NCBI GenBank assembly: GCA_013265495.1
Contig: MU058337.1
Coordinates: forward strand, 7,112,716-7,176,715
DNA length: 64,000 nt
Direction of reading: 5' to 3'
Source of the DNA: Vicugna vicugna
Taxonomy: Eukaryota
Position numbers and translations under genes: made by a program. The notes below the pieces were generated by a model. That model saw only the letters and a program-made list of their open reading frames with translations. It made no database searches and was not told where the DNA came from. Below, piece after piece: positions 12,953 through 24,529 of the stretch. Position 1 is the first letter of the stretch, and every line of letters begins with the position of its first letter.

Positions 12953-13234
12953 ATTGAAATAAACCTAGATCACTGATGAGTCAAAGTCAGGATTTTTTTA
13001 TTAGGATTATTCCCCTCAGGTAGCATACTGATTCATGAACAGTTACCATGGGGTGTTTTCCCTGGCCAGTTTCCCATTTTGTCACAGAAATATCTTAAAT
13101 TAAAGGACACGAACAAAGCTCTAGACCTGCCAGAGCAGAGGGGACAAGGAGTAACCCCACTGCAGAGAGAGGTGAAGTAGATACACGGGCTGCTGACTCG
13201 GGAAATAACCACCTTGAGAAGTGTGGGCAGTGCA

Positions 13235-13335
13235 GAGCCCATCCTCCCTGTGTGACCTTGGGCTGGTCACTTAACCTCTCTGTGCCTTAGTTTTCTCATC
13301 TGTAAAAGGAGAGTTATATTATCCATCTCATGTTA
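13235..13335 (+). mobile_element. MIR core
   Basis: TGTGACCTTGGGCTGGTCACTTAACCTCTCTGTGCCTTAGTTTTCTCATCTGTAAAA. Confidence 0.8.
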
Positions 13336-14189
13336 AAGAATTTTGTAATTCTTTACAAAATCCTGTAATTTTGTAATTTCCCAGGAGGGGAAAGAATGTA
13401 CTTCACTTTGCTACATCTCACCCACCATTGAGCTCCTTGCCTTTTGAGGTCAATGAGGAGCAAAAGGGGGCCAAAACACCCAACAGGGGCACAGGGTTTG
13501 CCCTGAAAGATCTCAAAATTTCAAAAGGGTAGTTGTTGGTCAGTGTAAAGATTTAGAGAGTTATAAAAATGCTATTCAAAGCCTGTAAACTGTATCAACC
13601 ATCAGTTAAAGACATGCAGACCAGGATATTCTGAAGACTTTGAACTTGAGAGTTTTCCCTTGTGTTATTAAGCCCTTAGGTTCTTCTTCCATTGTATTTT
13701 TTCAGAGCTGACCTTTGGCCTTCTGAGTTACGGAGAAACTCCAGCCCTCCCTTGCCCTCTGAACCCAGAAAGCCTCCCTTTCCTGAATAATTCAGTCACT
13801 TGGCTGCAATTGTGGGATCACTTGGAAAACCTAATAATCACCCTCTAGGCCCTCTGGTGTAAATTTCTGAGCCTGCCCCCCAATATGATCCCCTGTGTCC
13901 TTCTTTCATGGAATTCATCCCATGGAGTTTCTTCCCAGTCACTATTCCAGAGGCTTCCAAATCATATCCAGACTCCTGCTCAGGTTGGAAGTATTCTCCC
14001 ATATTCAGTCTGACCAGACTGCACACCCACCCACACTTCACAGCCGTTTCTTCTCATCCTCCTGCTCAAGGGCTGCAGATCGCTGGTGTGGGCCGTTGGT
14101 TAGTAACGTGATGGTTCGCTCAATCTACCACCTAACTTTCCACCTTCCAGGCCAGTTTGCTTTTCCATTGAACCGTTTGGGTGGTAATA

Positions 14190-14690
14190 CATTCTTTAAT
14201 TCAACAAAATTAATCGAGCACAGGCGATGTTCCAGCTTGGCATATCAACAAAACAAAGCTCTCTGGCTTGTGCAACTTAGATTCTAGTAGGAGGAGACAG
14301 ATGATAAGCAGCAAATATAATAGGTGAATGTTTCTGTGTCGGGAGGTAATACATGTTGTGGACAAGAGCAAAAGGGGATTGGAAGTGTGGGGTTGAAGGG
14401 GGTGGGTTGCAGTTTAAATGATGTGGCCCGGGTAGGCTTCATTGAGGAAGTGATGTTTGAGTCTGGACTTGAAGGAGGTGATGATGTGGGCCATGCAAAC
14501 ATCTGCAGGGAGAAGGAGCTGTCAGGACAAAGGCCAGGCCAGGGCTCCCTGTGCCCAGCAGGCCAGCATGGCTGGAGCCAAGTGAGCCCAGTGAGAGGAG
14601 ATACGACACCAGCAAGGAAGGCAAGGAGAGGGGAGTCCCAGGTCACACGGACGTGGTCAGCTCATGGACGGACTCTGAGTTTTCTGTATC
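14190..14690 (-). mobile_element. L2 fragment
   Basis: TTCAACAAAATTAATCGAGCAC start; GGCTTCATTGAGGAAGTGATGTTTGAGTCTGGACTTGAAGGA. Confidence 0.7.
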
Positions 14691-15085
14691 ATTACCCCCT
14701 GCCTTGGCTCTTTTAATCTCCAGTTGCCATCACAAGCAGGGACTCGGGACCTCTTACACCTACTACCACACTCAGCTCTCACAGATTCCCAGGACAGCAG
14801 GGCGTTTATGAATGAGAGCATTGAGCAGGGAATGATAAAGTGATTCCTTCAAAGAGAGACTTCTCACATTAAAGGTTAACAGGGACCCAGCTCTCTTGAC
14901 TTTATATGATGCCCTGTCATTTAACACACACAACGATAAAGGAAGACACAGTATTCTGGTTCCACAAAATACTGGCATGTGACCTGGGCAAGCTTTGGGT
15001 TCCTTTCCTGTCAAGACAGGACTGGCTCAGAATGTGTGGATTACATGCAGGGTGTGCAGTAATTCCGGGACCTGTTCCTCCACAG

Positions 15086-15276
15086 CAATACACTGCTTTC
15101 CATACGTGAAGAAGCGGATCCCCGTCATGTACCAGCACCACACGGACCTGAATCCCATCGAGGTGGCCATTGACGAGATGAGTAAGAAGGTGGCCGAGCT
15201 CCGGCAGCTGTGCTCCTCGGCCGAGGTGGACATGATCAAACTGCAGCTCAAGCTCCAGGGCAGTGTGAGCGTCCAG
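15086..15276 (+). CDS. DOCK9: DOCK9 coding exon ([14 protein letters not shown]...LQGSVSVQ)
   Basis: ccacAG|CA acceptor, CAG|GTgagc donor; 191 nt, phase 1-0. Confidence 0.97.
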
Positions 15277-15782
15277 GTGAGCCAGGCGTCCCACAGCGCA
15301 AACCACGGGGCAGCAGAGGGAACACTCCTTTAGACCTTGGGAACTTCAGGTGGCTCACACCAGCAAGGGCCGGGCTGGTATAGATCCCTGGCTTTACCTG
15401 TCAGTCCTGCGAACTCCCCTGATGTGTGGTTCCTCCTGATTCCAAAGCCTGCAGTAGCCTTAGGGTCTCTCCACCCCAACCTCCAAATGTGTCATTCTCA
15501 GCAAGCTGTGTGTCCCGGGCAGGGGATGGCACTCCAAACAACCTGGTTTTTCTGTAATTTAGGGAATTCTAGGTGCTTAATTAGAAGCATCAAGACTCTC
15601 AAATGTAAAAGAAGTGTGGATAACCCTAGGTTTTCATACAAAAGTATTGTTTTCTGATTTCTATGAAAATTATATCTGAAAAGTTACTTTTAAGTTTCAC
15701 TCTCTTAGTCGCATCTTTTGATTAATGAAATTCTTCATTTTAATATAGCCCAATGAAAATTTTTTCTTTACTAGTAATATTT

Positions 15783-15802
15783 TGTGTGTGTGTGTGTGTG
15801 TG
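15783..15802 (+). repeat. (TG)10 microsatellite
   Basis: Read directly. Confidence 0.9.
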
Positions 15803-17689
15803 CTCTTTAAGAAATCAGTTTCAGAAATGTTCTCCTGTGTTTGGGTTCCTATGTAGGTCTGCAGTCCATCTGATTTTGCATTTGGTAGGGGTCAAGACAT
15901 TTCTTTCCTATAGCAGTTTGAATGATGTGTACCATTTATGGATAAAGTCATCCTAGATTTAGGTGCTGATTACACAAATATGTTCAGTTTGTGGAAGTTT
16001 ATCAAGTTATACACTTACAATATATGCACTTTTATGTTTGTATAGTACACTTCAATCATAAGGGTTTTGTTTTGTTTTGTTTTTTAAGGTATTTTACTTA
16101 TATGGTTTCCTAAGAAATTAGTAGATGTTAAATTGCTCCCTCTGGTGACCAGTATGCTTCTTGCTTTATTGTTTTTAAGTGTATATACATAATTCTAGCA
16201 CCTGCTTTATGTGTGTGTGTATTCCTCTATCTAATTCTTTTCTCTTTCAAGAAGGGTGTGTGTGTTCATGAAAGTTACATGTAGATTGCAATATAGCGGT
16301 TTCATTTTGTGAAATCAGTTTTTGTCAACTTTTTACCAGATCCATGCTAAGCTGTTACCTCCCATTTTTCTAAATGTCATTCACCACAAAAGTATTTACA
16401 GATGTTTTCAGCCTCTTCTCTTCTGGCCCCAAAGACTTATGTGCCAAAATGAATTATTGAGTGAATGTGATAAAATACTCCAGCAATGTGCGTGAGTATG
16501 TAATGGGCCGGAGGCCACAGTATTCTGCAACTAAAACCAAAACCACTCAGTAACGTGGCCTGGCCTGGGAACATCCAGCCTCTGTCTGAAGGCCAATGGA
16601 GGGGTGTGTGTGCCAGTAAATGGTGAAACTGGAGAGGATGAGCTTTCTAAAGGGCAAAATGTGCCCGGCCATTTGACAGTGACCTTAGAGTTTTATAAAT
16701 GCCCGATCATCTTTAAAAGCAAAGAATTCCATAATGAAATGAGGAGATTAAGTTTATACATGTGCACCCTCTAGAGTAACAACAGAGTTGGAGTCAGGAG
16801 AAATGAACTTTGTTATTTTATTTGTGTGTTTCTTTAATTCTTCCACCAAGAGACTCTCTGGGGATGCTACTGTACAGTATAGAGCCATCAGGGTGGCTTT
16901 GTGGCTCTGCACTCCACTCCAGGATCTTGTTATGTCAGACTTTATCAAGTCTCATCAGCTTCTCCTTTTCAGTTCTTCTTAAAACTGAGCATCTGTATCA
17001 TTTTGGATAAATGTTCATTTGGGTCATCTTTAGGTTATTAACATAGCTCCCTACACTTACCCAGTGACATACCCGGTTGTCACAGGGGGTTAGCTAGTTG
17101 TTCCTGTCTCAGAGGGCCCACCTGTAACCACTGTGCCCCTCTGTCTCCCCACCTCTGGTGTGAGTTCAGTTCACAGCTCAGTTCCCCAGCTGTTACTGTG
17201 AAAGTCCTCCACACCAAGGACCAGGAAGACAGACAGCCCTCCCTACCCATTACCTTCCAAGCCCACTAGATCTCCCAGGAAAAACCATGCCATAATCACA
17301 TGGCCCAGACCTTCCCAAACTGCCTCAGGTGCCCAGAACTTTCTCGTTCCCAGCCAGTGTGTCTCACCTTCTTTCTCTCCACACTCCCGCATTTCCTGAC
17401 TTACCCAACCTCAGAGAACTCTTCTTGGCTAATTGAAAGAGAGATGTGGGGTTCTGATGCACTCATCCTGTGGCTAAATGTCCCGAGTCTTTGGTCTTCC
17501 AGCCCACCTCAGATGATTGGTTCATTGGAAGACAGCAAATCAGCTTGTCCATGGCTGTCTACATGATTCCACTTGGTGAACACTTGGGTTTTTAAACTGT
17601 TCCATATACTGTACTTTACAGTTTTCATTGAGCTCCCCAGATTGACCTCTTAGCTCATTGTAGTGTAGCACAAATACCAGTTGGAAGAC

Positions 17690-17850
17690 TTGGGCGCTGA
17701 TCTCAGTTGTTTTGCTTATTGGCTGATTGACCTTGAACAGGTCCTGAAGTTTTTCAAGCATTGATTCTTATTGCATAAAATAAACCATCATCACAAGTGC
17801 TTTGAGGATGACTGAGATGATAAAGTCAAATAGCTTATAACCACATGAGC
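17690..17850 (+). mobile_element. MIR, degraded
   Basis: TGACCTTGAACAGGTC...TTGAGGATGACTGAGATGATA. Confidence 0.5.
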
Positions 17851-18010
17851 TTTATTCATGGTTTTCTCTTTGGGTCCTAAGTTCCTGGAGGGCAGAGGTC
17901 ATGATTAACTCACTCGCACAGCATTTTTAGCAAATGCCAATGGAAATGAACTCAGTGATCATGACTATTTTCTTCATTATTTCAATTTAAAATCTTTGTT
18001 CTTTGTCTAG

Positions 18011-18111
18011 GTCAATGCTGGTCCACTGGCATATGCCCGAGCTTTCTTAGATGACACAAACACAAAAAGATATCCTGACAATAAAGTGAAGTTGCTTAAA
18101 GAAGTTTTCAG
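18011..18111 (+). CDS. DOCK9: DOCK9 coding exon ([13 protein letters not shown]...KEVF); first codon is the DHR2 nucleotide-sensor valine
   Basis: tctAG|GTC acceptor, AG|GTaagg donor; 101 nt, phase 0-2; VNAG motif of DOCK-D DHR2 helix alpha10. Confidence 0.97.
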
Positions 18112-18245
18112 GTAAGGCACACTGGAAATGTCTTTCTCTTCAAGTATTAATCATTTCTGTGCTCATTCAAGGAAGAGATACCACCCCTTGGACTCTTTCT
18201 GTTTTCTTGGACACGCCTTGATTTCCCTCTCCCGCACCATTTCAG

Positions 18246-18384
18246 ACAATTTGTGGAAGCTTGCGGGCAAGCCTTGGCGGTAAATGAACGGTTAATCAAA
18301 GAGGACCAGTTAGAGTACCAGGAAGAAATGAAGGCCAACTACAAGGAAATGGCAAAAGAGCTTTCGGAAATCATGCATGAGCAG
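18246..18384 (+). CDS. DOCK9: DOCK9 coding exon (RQFVEACGQ...EIMHEQ)
   Basis: tttcAG|A acceptor, CAG|GTAAGT donor; 139 nt, phase 2-0. Confidence 0.97.
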
Positions 18385-19290
18385 GTAAGTGCCACACTGG
18401 GGGTCTTCTCATTTTAGACAGCATGCATCAGTTGGGTCTCAGGTGAACCCTCTTACGGCCTACGCCCTCTGACATCCTTCCAGAATTTTGCTCTCTGATG
18501 AATAATGTAGCATGCTACACTGCTGCTACTTTCTACCCACAGGTGCCTAGGGACTGGCTAGTAGCTTGCCCACCTGTCATTGTTTAATGTGACCAGAAGA
18601 CAGCAGCCCCCTCCTCTTCTTCATGGCTCAGTCTAGCTCAGAAACAACCCACATTAAAAAAAAAAAATACCAATGCTGTTCCTAGAAGTTTCTTTATTCA
18701 CCCAATCCTTTGAAAAAACCAGGTTTACCAGCCTGGTTTAAGGGATTGTCTGTTGCATTAAATGTCTTTTGCCATTTAACAAAGGAAGGTTGTTCAATTT
18801 TGACTGTTCATAGCTGACCTGAGTGCCCCCGTGGATTCCTCAAGGCTGCTTCTATATTCCTGTCCTTATGGGCAGCTTTCCTTATTACACTGCTCCCACT
18901 GCCCTCCTGTGTGAATTCCTTCTGGTAGGATTATGTATGTGGGCTCGGCAGTCATCAGAGGGGACAGCTGCCCAGGCAACCGGGTGAATGTCACAGGGCA
19001 GCTTCCCCATTATTGCTTTTGAGGGGTCCATTCTTCATCAACCACAGTGACCTCTTCCGAGTCACGGTGTCAGTCTTTATGATTGGTGATGGCATCTTGA
19101 TAACATAACTACTTCTGTCTGCTCCAAACCTACATTATTTTCCTTCACTCTTGCAAAATGGAAGCCAAGGCCATTTGTGTCAGTTAACATAACATGTGAT
19201 GATTTAGTTGAGAAGTTTCTGTTGCAGGAAACGAACGTAAATGTCTCAGCTTTAACTTGCTTTTTTTTCCCTCCATGCTAACACATGCAG

Positions 19291-19298
19291 ATGGGATG
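19291..19298 (+). CDS. DOCK9: DOCK9 8-nt microexon ATGGGATG (gives ...HEQ-M-G-stop when joined to last exon)
   Basis: Pyrimidine tract, tgcAG acceptor, TG|GTaatg donor; TG plus the first A of the last exon makes TGA; parallels the recalled human isoform ending HEQLG. Confidence 0.8.
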
Positions 19299-19944
19299 GT
19301 AATGTCATTTTTAAATTTTATTTCTCTGGATCTTGATAACTGGCTCACATAAAGTTATTTCTGAGTTTGGGCACCTGCAGACCTAGGCATAGTGACAGTG
19401 CATGTGCAGAAGAAGGCAGCCCTCTCTTGGGCATTTAGAAAAGTAGGGAAAAAAGATGGAAATGATTAAAGAAATAAATATGTGAATAATTGAGCAGAAA
19501 GGAAGTGTCTCACAGGAACAAGATTTTGGAGAAAGGTCTTTTCTATGGGCCTCCATACTCCTCTAGGATGGTGAGCTTGATCAGAGGGTGCCAGCATTTG
19601 GCACTGGAAAAGATGAAAGTAGAAAAAAATGATGGGCTGAAAGTATTCAAATAAACTGCCAGATCGTATGGACACAATGCAGTGCTGTGCTCTAAATTGC
19701 ACCTGAACTTTCCATAATCTCAACAACTATGAAGATTAAAGTTATTTGAGCCCTTCAGCAGAAGGGGTCATGACTTGGAGCAGCCTTGGTTTTGGTTTTT
19801 CCAGGGGAACCTCTGAGTGTGCATGTTCTTCTCAGTTTCCACCTGGCAACAGGTCCAGTCTGGCACTTAGAATTCTTTCCTGCATTACTGAGTGTGCGAG
19901 AGATTTGTTCAGGGTTGGACAGGCAGCCCCTCTGTCTCTCCTAG

Positions 19945-19957
19945 GATGGAAAGACCT
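19945..19957 (+). CDS. DOCK9: Candidate DOCK9 13-nt microexon GATGGAAAGACCT
   Basis: ctctgtctctcctAG acceptor, CCT|GTAAGA donor; 8+13=21 nt restores frame (MGWMERP); no transcript evidence available. Confidence 0.45.
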
Positions 19958-20357
19958 GTAAGAATCTGTAACACCCTGAGAAAAGGATCTAGTAGAGAAC
20001 ACAGATGCTCCAGATTCATTTAAAAAAGACTTTCCCAAGGGACATGGCCAGGTCGTGTCCCCATCAAGTATGTGTAGGAGAGACTTCAAGGTGCCTTATA
20101 ATCTGGTGAGTGTGAAAGGCTCTCCATTCCCTAACTTGTAAAGGAAACAAAACATGTTGTTCTTGACTTTCTTTTTAAAGTCCTGATCTGAAAAAGGCAT
20201 TTATTAGATGAGCTGACACACTCCCTCTGCAAACTGCCAGACCCAGAGCTATCTGAGGGCACCATCATTCACGTGACATTGGCCAGTGGATGATAAGTTA
20301 CAAGGAGTATCATTCAGGGCATTATGCTTCGGTAACGTTGTGTTTCTGTGCCTTGAG

Positions 20358-20480
20358 ATTTGCCCCCTGGAGGAGAAGACGAGCGTTTTACCGAATTCCC
20401 TGCACATCTTCAACGCCATCAGTGGGACTCCAACAAGCACGATGGTTCACGGCATGACCAGCTCGTCCTCTGTGGTGTGA
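20358..20480 (+). CDS. DOCK9: DOCK9 last coding exon (ICPLEEKTSV...MTSSSSVV*)
   Basis: ccttgAG|ATT acceptor; 40 codons then TGA; matches recalled long DOCK9 C-terminus ending in an S-x-V motif. Confidence 0.93.
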   Translation: MCPLEEKTSVLPNSLHIFNAISGTPTSTMVHGMTSSSSVV

Positions 20481-21630
20481 TTCGCCTCATGGACCAAGTG
20501 TGGGGACTTGCTTTGTCATTTGCAAACTCAGGATGATTTCCAAAGCCAATCACTAGGCTCGTGCAAGACACAGGGGAGACCAAGCACAAGGAGAAGTCGT
20601 CGAGGGGAACCGAAGAAAAGGAAAATAAAGAACCATGTTATTTCACAGCAGATTTTCTAGAGGAGTCATAAGAGGGTATATGTATTTTTTTAAATCTCAC
20701 TGGCAATATTCAACATTTTCATTCTGTCTTACCAGACATGTGTGGCGGACACTCTTAAGCTGGAGTTACATTTTATTCTTCCTTACAAAGTAGTATTAAA
20801 AATAAATGACCTGGAGAAAACAAGTGTTCTGGAATGTACGTGGCACTGAAATTGAGGCCGGGGTAACTTTTTGCCTCTAGGCTAAGCTGGAGAATCTTGA
20901 AAATATTTTTTTTTCCTGTGGCACATTCAGGTTGAATACAAGAACTATTTTTGTGACTAGTTTTTGATGACCTAAAGGGACTGACCATTGTAATTTTGTA
21001 CCAGTGAACCGGGAGGTTTAGTGCTTTTATACTCATCTAACTTGCACTAAAAAAATACGAAAGCCTAAGAAACTATGTGAGCTTAAAGCTAGTCCAGCAG
21101 TTTAGAACCAAAGGCCTGTATTAAACACGACTATGCTAAAAATTTAAAGTAGTCCAGTATGCTGTTATGTACATAGAGTTTGTTGATACAGTCTTGGCGT
21201 TGTGTACATACACGTATGACATTTCTACATTTTTAATGCTCACATCAGCTTCTGCGTAAAGTTTAATTGTGATGGATTTGTGCTGTTCTTAGTATATGCA
21301 ATACACTTGACTTTACTGTTTTATTCTTGTAAATAAAAAGTGCAATATGAAGATGTATACAGTCTTTGCTGTGTTAGGTTTATAAACTGTTTTAAAAATT
21401 TCATCCTTTTGCCAAAATGGTGGAGTTTGTCATTGGTAAATCTTAAATCTTGTGGTGAATAGTGGTGTCATTTAAAGCTTTCACCATGTTATATTTTCTT
21501 TTCAGACATTAATTTAGTAATTTTATATTTGGGAAAAATAAAGGTTTTTAATTTTATTTAACTAGAATCTCTGCCCTGCTGTAATTAAACATTCTGTACC
21601 ACGTCTGTATTAAAAATAACATTGCTGATT
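20481..21630 (+). other. DOCK9: DOCK9 3'UTR
   Basis: Repeat-free AU-rich sequence after the stop, with PUF and miRNA motifs, ending at clustered poly(A) signals; end approximate. Confidence 0.8.
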
Positions 21631-21662
21631 TTCTTGTAGTGAGTATTGGGTATTTATTGTTT
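21537..21662 (+). terminator. DOCK9 polyadenylation region
   Basis: AATAAA 21537-21542, ATTAAA 21584-21589 and 21609-21614, then GU/U-rich downstream sequence; further AATAAA at 20801 and 21332. Confidence 0.7.
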
Positions 21663-23057
21663 GACAGTCCTAAGAGGGGAAGGATATTGAAATTTAGGGG
21701 GTAAAATAATGTGTTATATGAAATTTGCTTTAAAACACTTGAGAGGGAAGAAGAGGATAAGTAGATGAAACAAAATTAACAAATGTTGATAATTGTTAAA
21801 GCTGAGGTTGGGTCAGTGGGGACTCATTATACCCGTTTCTCCACCTTTATGTAAGTTTCTGTGGTTTGCTTTTTAAGAGACAGGTCTAGGGGCTGGGTCT
21901 TCCAGAGGGCTTGGATAGATGCTTTGTTGCGCTGGTGTCTGGCTCTGAATTCTGTTTATTGCTCACAAGTCCGCGTAGTCTTGTGATACCTCTGTCTTTA
22001 CCTCTTCAACTATATCAAGGCTTCTGTCTTGATGATCTCTCTGCTGGCCTTTGAGGTGACTGCGCCGGGACAAGGAGGTCACCTCTCAGCAGTGCATCGG
22101 GGCCAGGTGTGCACACACTCCCTGTGCACTCCACCATCACAGACCCCGAACCCCAGCCAAGCAATGGCTCAGACTGCAGGTACTGGTCCTGCCTCTGGTG
22201 TGCCCTGTGCCCCAGCAGGTGAGTCAGTTCCTTGTCACTCAGCCCCAGACAGTTCCAGTGATGGAAGGAAGAGGAGTCTTTCCACAGGAAATGAAATAGC
22301 CATTTTTCCTATTTGAAGGGTTTTGAAGGCTGCTTTTTTCATAACCATTTGAGGAAAGGAAGCGTGATACTGTGTACGTCCTGAGCATCCAGATGCCAAG
22401 GATCTTTCAGCATCTTTGGGACATTGTCCGTCAGTGGGTAAGGTTGAATTTACAGGTGGAGACAAGGTCATGAAGAAGACACAAGAATGATGCTCAGCCA
22501 TCTGCAGCCCACTTATTAGTAGGTCCAGACTTGAGGCTCGAGAACATTCTCTATCGAGGTTTGCCCTGAGTTTCTGCCATCCCAGCCCTGGATAATAAAC
22601 TCTGACATCAGCAGAGATGGGTCCAAGAGTTTGTCTCCTTTGTCAACTGAGCTGGATTTCCTAGTCATAAATGCTTCATTCAGAAGCCATAAAATTCAAG
22701 TCATCATGTAGTTAGATAAATATAAGTCTAGAGAGAGCTAACTTGCTATCTCATGGTTAAACTTGGGAAGTAATTTATATAGATTTCATGTCAGATAAGA
22801 TTCAGTCTGGAAGGTGACCAGCTTCATTAAGTACAACAGTAGAGAAAGGGGTCATCCCTAAGCTGAAGACATCTTTTGACCCTGCACTGAAACACATTCA
22901 CATCAATTAAAAACTTCATTTAGCTGCTGTATAAAATTTTAATTTTGATACAAAGTTACACATTAAAGTAGCAGTTTGGAAAAAGATGGGTTTTTTAACA
23001 TTGAGAAATGTTTATCGCTATTTTTCAGTAAATGTTTTAATGTTTTCCATAGATCTT

Positions 23058-23200
23058 TTTGTACATGAGTGTGGAGGGGAGGTAATCAGCTTTTACTTTT
23101 TTTTCATATATTTTTTTTAATGGAAGTACTGGAGGTTAAACCCACAGCCTCGTGCATGCTAAGCAGGGGCTCTGCCACTGAGCTCTACCCTCCACACCAG
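23058..23200 (-). mobile_element. vic-1-type SINE with TSD
   Basis: Same tRNA-Ala head as 3972-4104; flanked by CATAGATCTT at 23048-23057 and 23201-23210. Confidence 0.85.
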
Positions 23201-23213
23201 CATAGATCTTATT

Positions 23214-23400
23214 CTTTTTTATTGAGATAAAATATTCATAACATGCAGTTTACCATTTTAACCATTTTTAAATGTATAGCTCAGTAGCACTAAGTACATT
23301 TTCGTTGTTGTACAACCATCACCATCATTTATCCACAGAATTTTTTCATCTCCCCAAACAGAAACTCTATACCCATTAAACAGAAACTTCCTATTCCTTC
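23214..23400 (-). mobile_element. L1MB-type 3' end
   Basis: TTTATTGAGATAAAATATTCATAAC...TACAACCATCACCATC...GAAACTCTATACCCATTAAAC. Confidence 0.75.
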
Positions 23401-23449
23401 TTTGGGAAAATTGTTTTGAAGTAACTTTGGCATTAAAACTCTATTTGAG

Positions 23450-24147
23450 AATAAGACTTACTGTATGATTCAGCAATCCCACTTCTGGGCATACATCCAG
23501 AGGAAACTCTAATTTGAAAAGATACATGCACCTCAGTGTTCATAGCAGCACTATATACAATAGCCAAGACATGGAAGCAACCTAAATGTCCATCGACAGA
23601 TGAGTGGATAAAGAAGTTGTAATATATTTACATGATAGAATACTACTCAGCCATAAAAAAGAATAAAATAATGCCATTTGCAGCAACATGGATGGACCTA
23701 GAGATCATCATTATAAGTGAAGTAAGCCAGAAAGAGAAAAACATGGTAATATGATATCACTCATGTGGAATCTTAAAAAAAAAGAAAAGGAAAAAAAAGG
23801 ACACTGAACTCATCTACAAAACAGAAACAGACTTGCAGACATAGTAAACAATCTTATGGTTACCAGGAAAATGGGATGGGAAGGGATAAATTTGGGAGTT
23901 TGAGATTTGCAAATGTTAGCCACTATATATAAAAATAGATTTTTTTAAAAAATTTCTGCTGTATAGCACAGGGAACTATGTTCAATATCTTAATAATCTT
24001 TAATGAAAAAGAATATGAAAATCAATATATGTATGTATATACATGACTGGGACATTGTGCTGTACACCAGAAATTGACACATTGTAACTGATGGTATTTC
24101 AGTGATGAATGAATGACACATTCAACTGATGGTATTCAATCAAAAAA
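23450..24147 (+). mobile_element. Camelid/artiodactyl L1, ORF2 end plus 3'UTR
   Basis: CAGCAATCCCACTTCTGGGCATA...CCATTTGCAGCAACATGGATGGACCTAGAG...GTATAGCACAGGGAACTAT. Confidence 0.88.
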
Positions 24148-24529
24148 TTTTTTTATTTCCATCAACAGGATCATTTGCACACTTTTGTACGTGCACAGAG
24201 TGGAGTACTATGTAGCCACAAAAAGGAATTAATATCTCTGTTCTGTCAAGATACCATAAGTTAAAAGCACAAGATAAAGAAAAGTGTGAATAATGTGCTA
24301 AATACAACTAAAACCCCTGGACGTTATACATGAAAAAAAGCAAACAAACGTAAGAAGACTCTGAATGGTAAAGTGAAGAAAGAAGACCAGCTAGGGACCT
24401 TGGGACCCAAAGAACAATACAGTGGGTAAGTTCCCCGGCTTTCTTTGCCTCATAGATCCCATATTTGGAGGTGAAGAAGCCAGCAACATGGAAACAACTA
24501 CAGGGAAAGACCCCCTCAAAAAAATCAAT

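Noticed and set aside
14917..15306. 129-aa minus-strand ORF (also 6484-6744 and 10396-10641)
   Set aside because: Antisense shadows of real DOCK9 exons
20286..20357. Upstream in-frame extension of the last-exon ORF (MDDKLQG...)
   Set aside because: Intronic sequence containing the polypyrimidine tract; homology to DOCK9 begins at ICPLEEK
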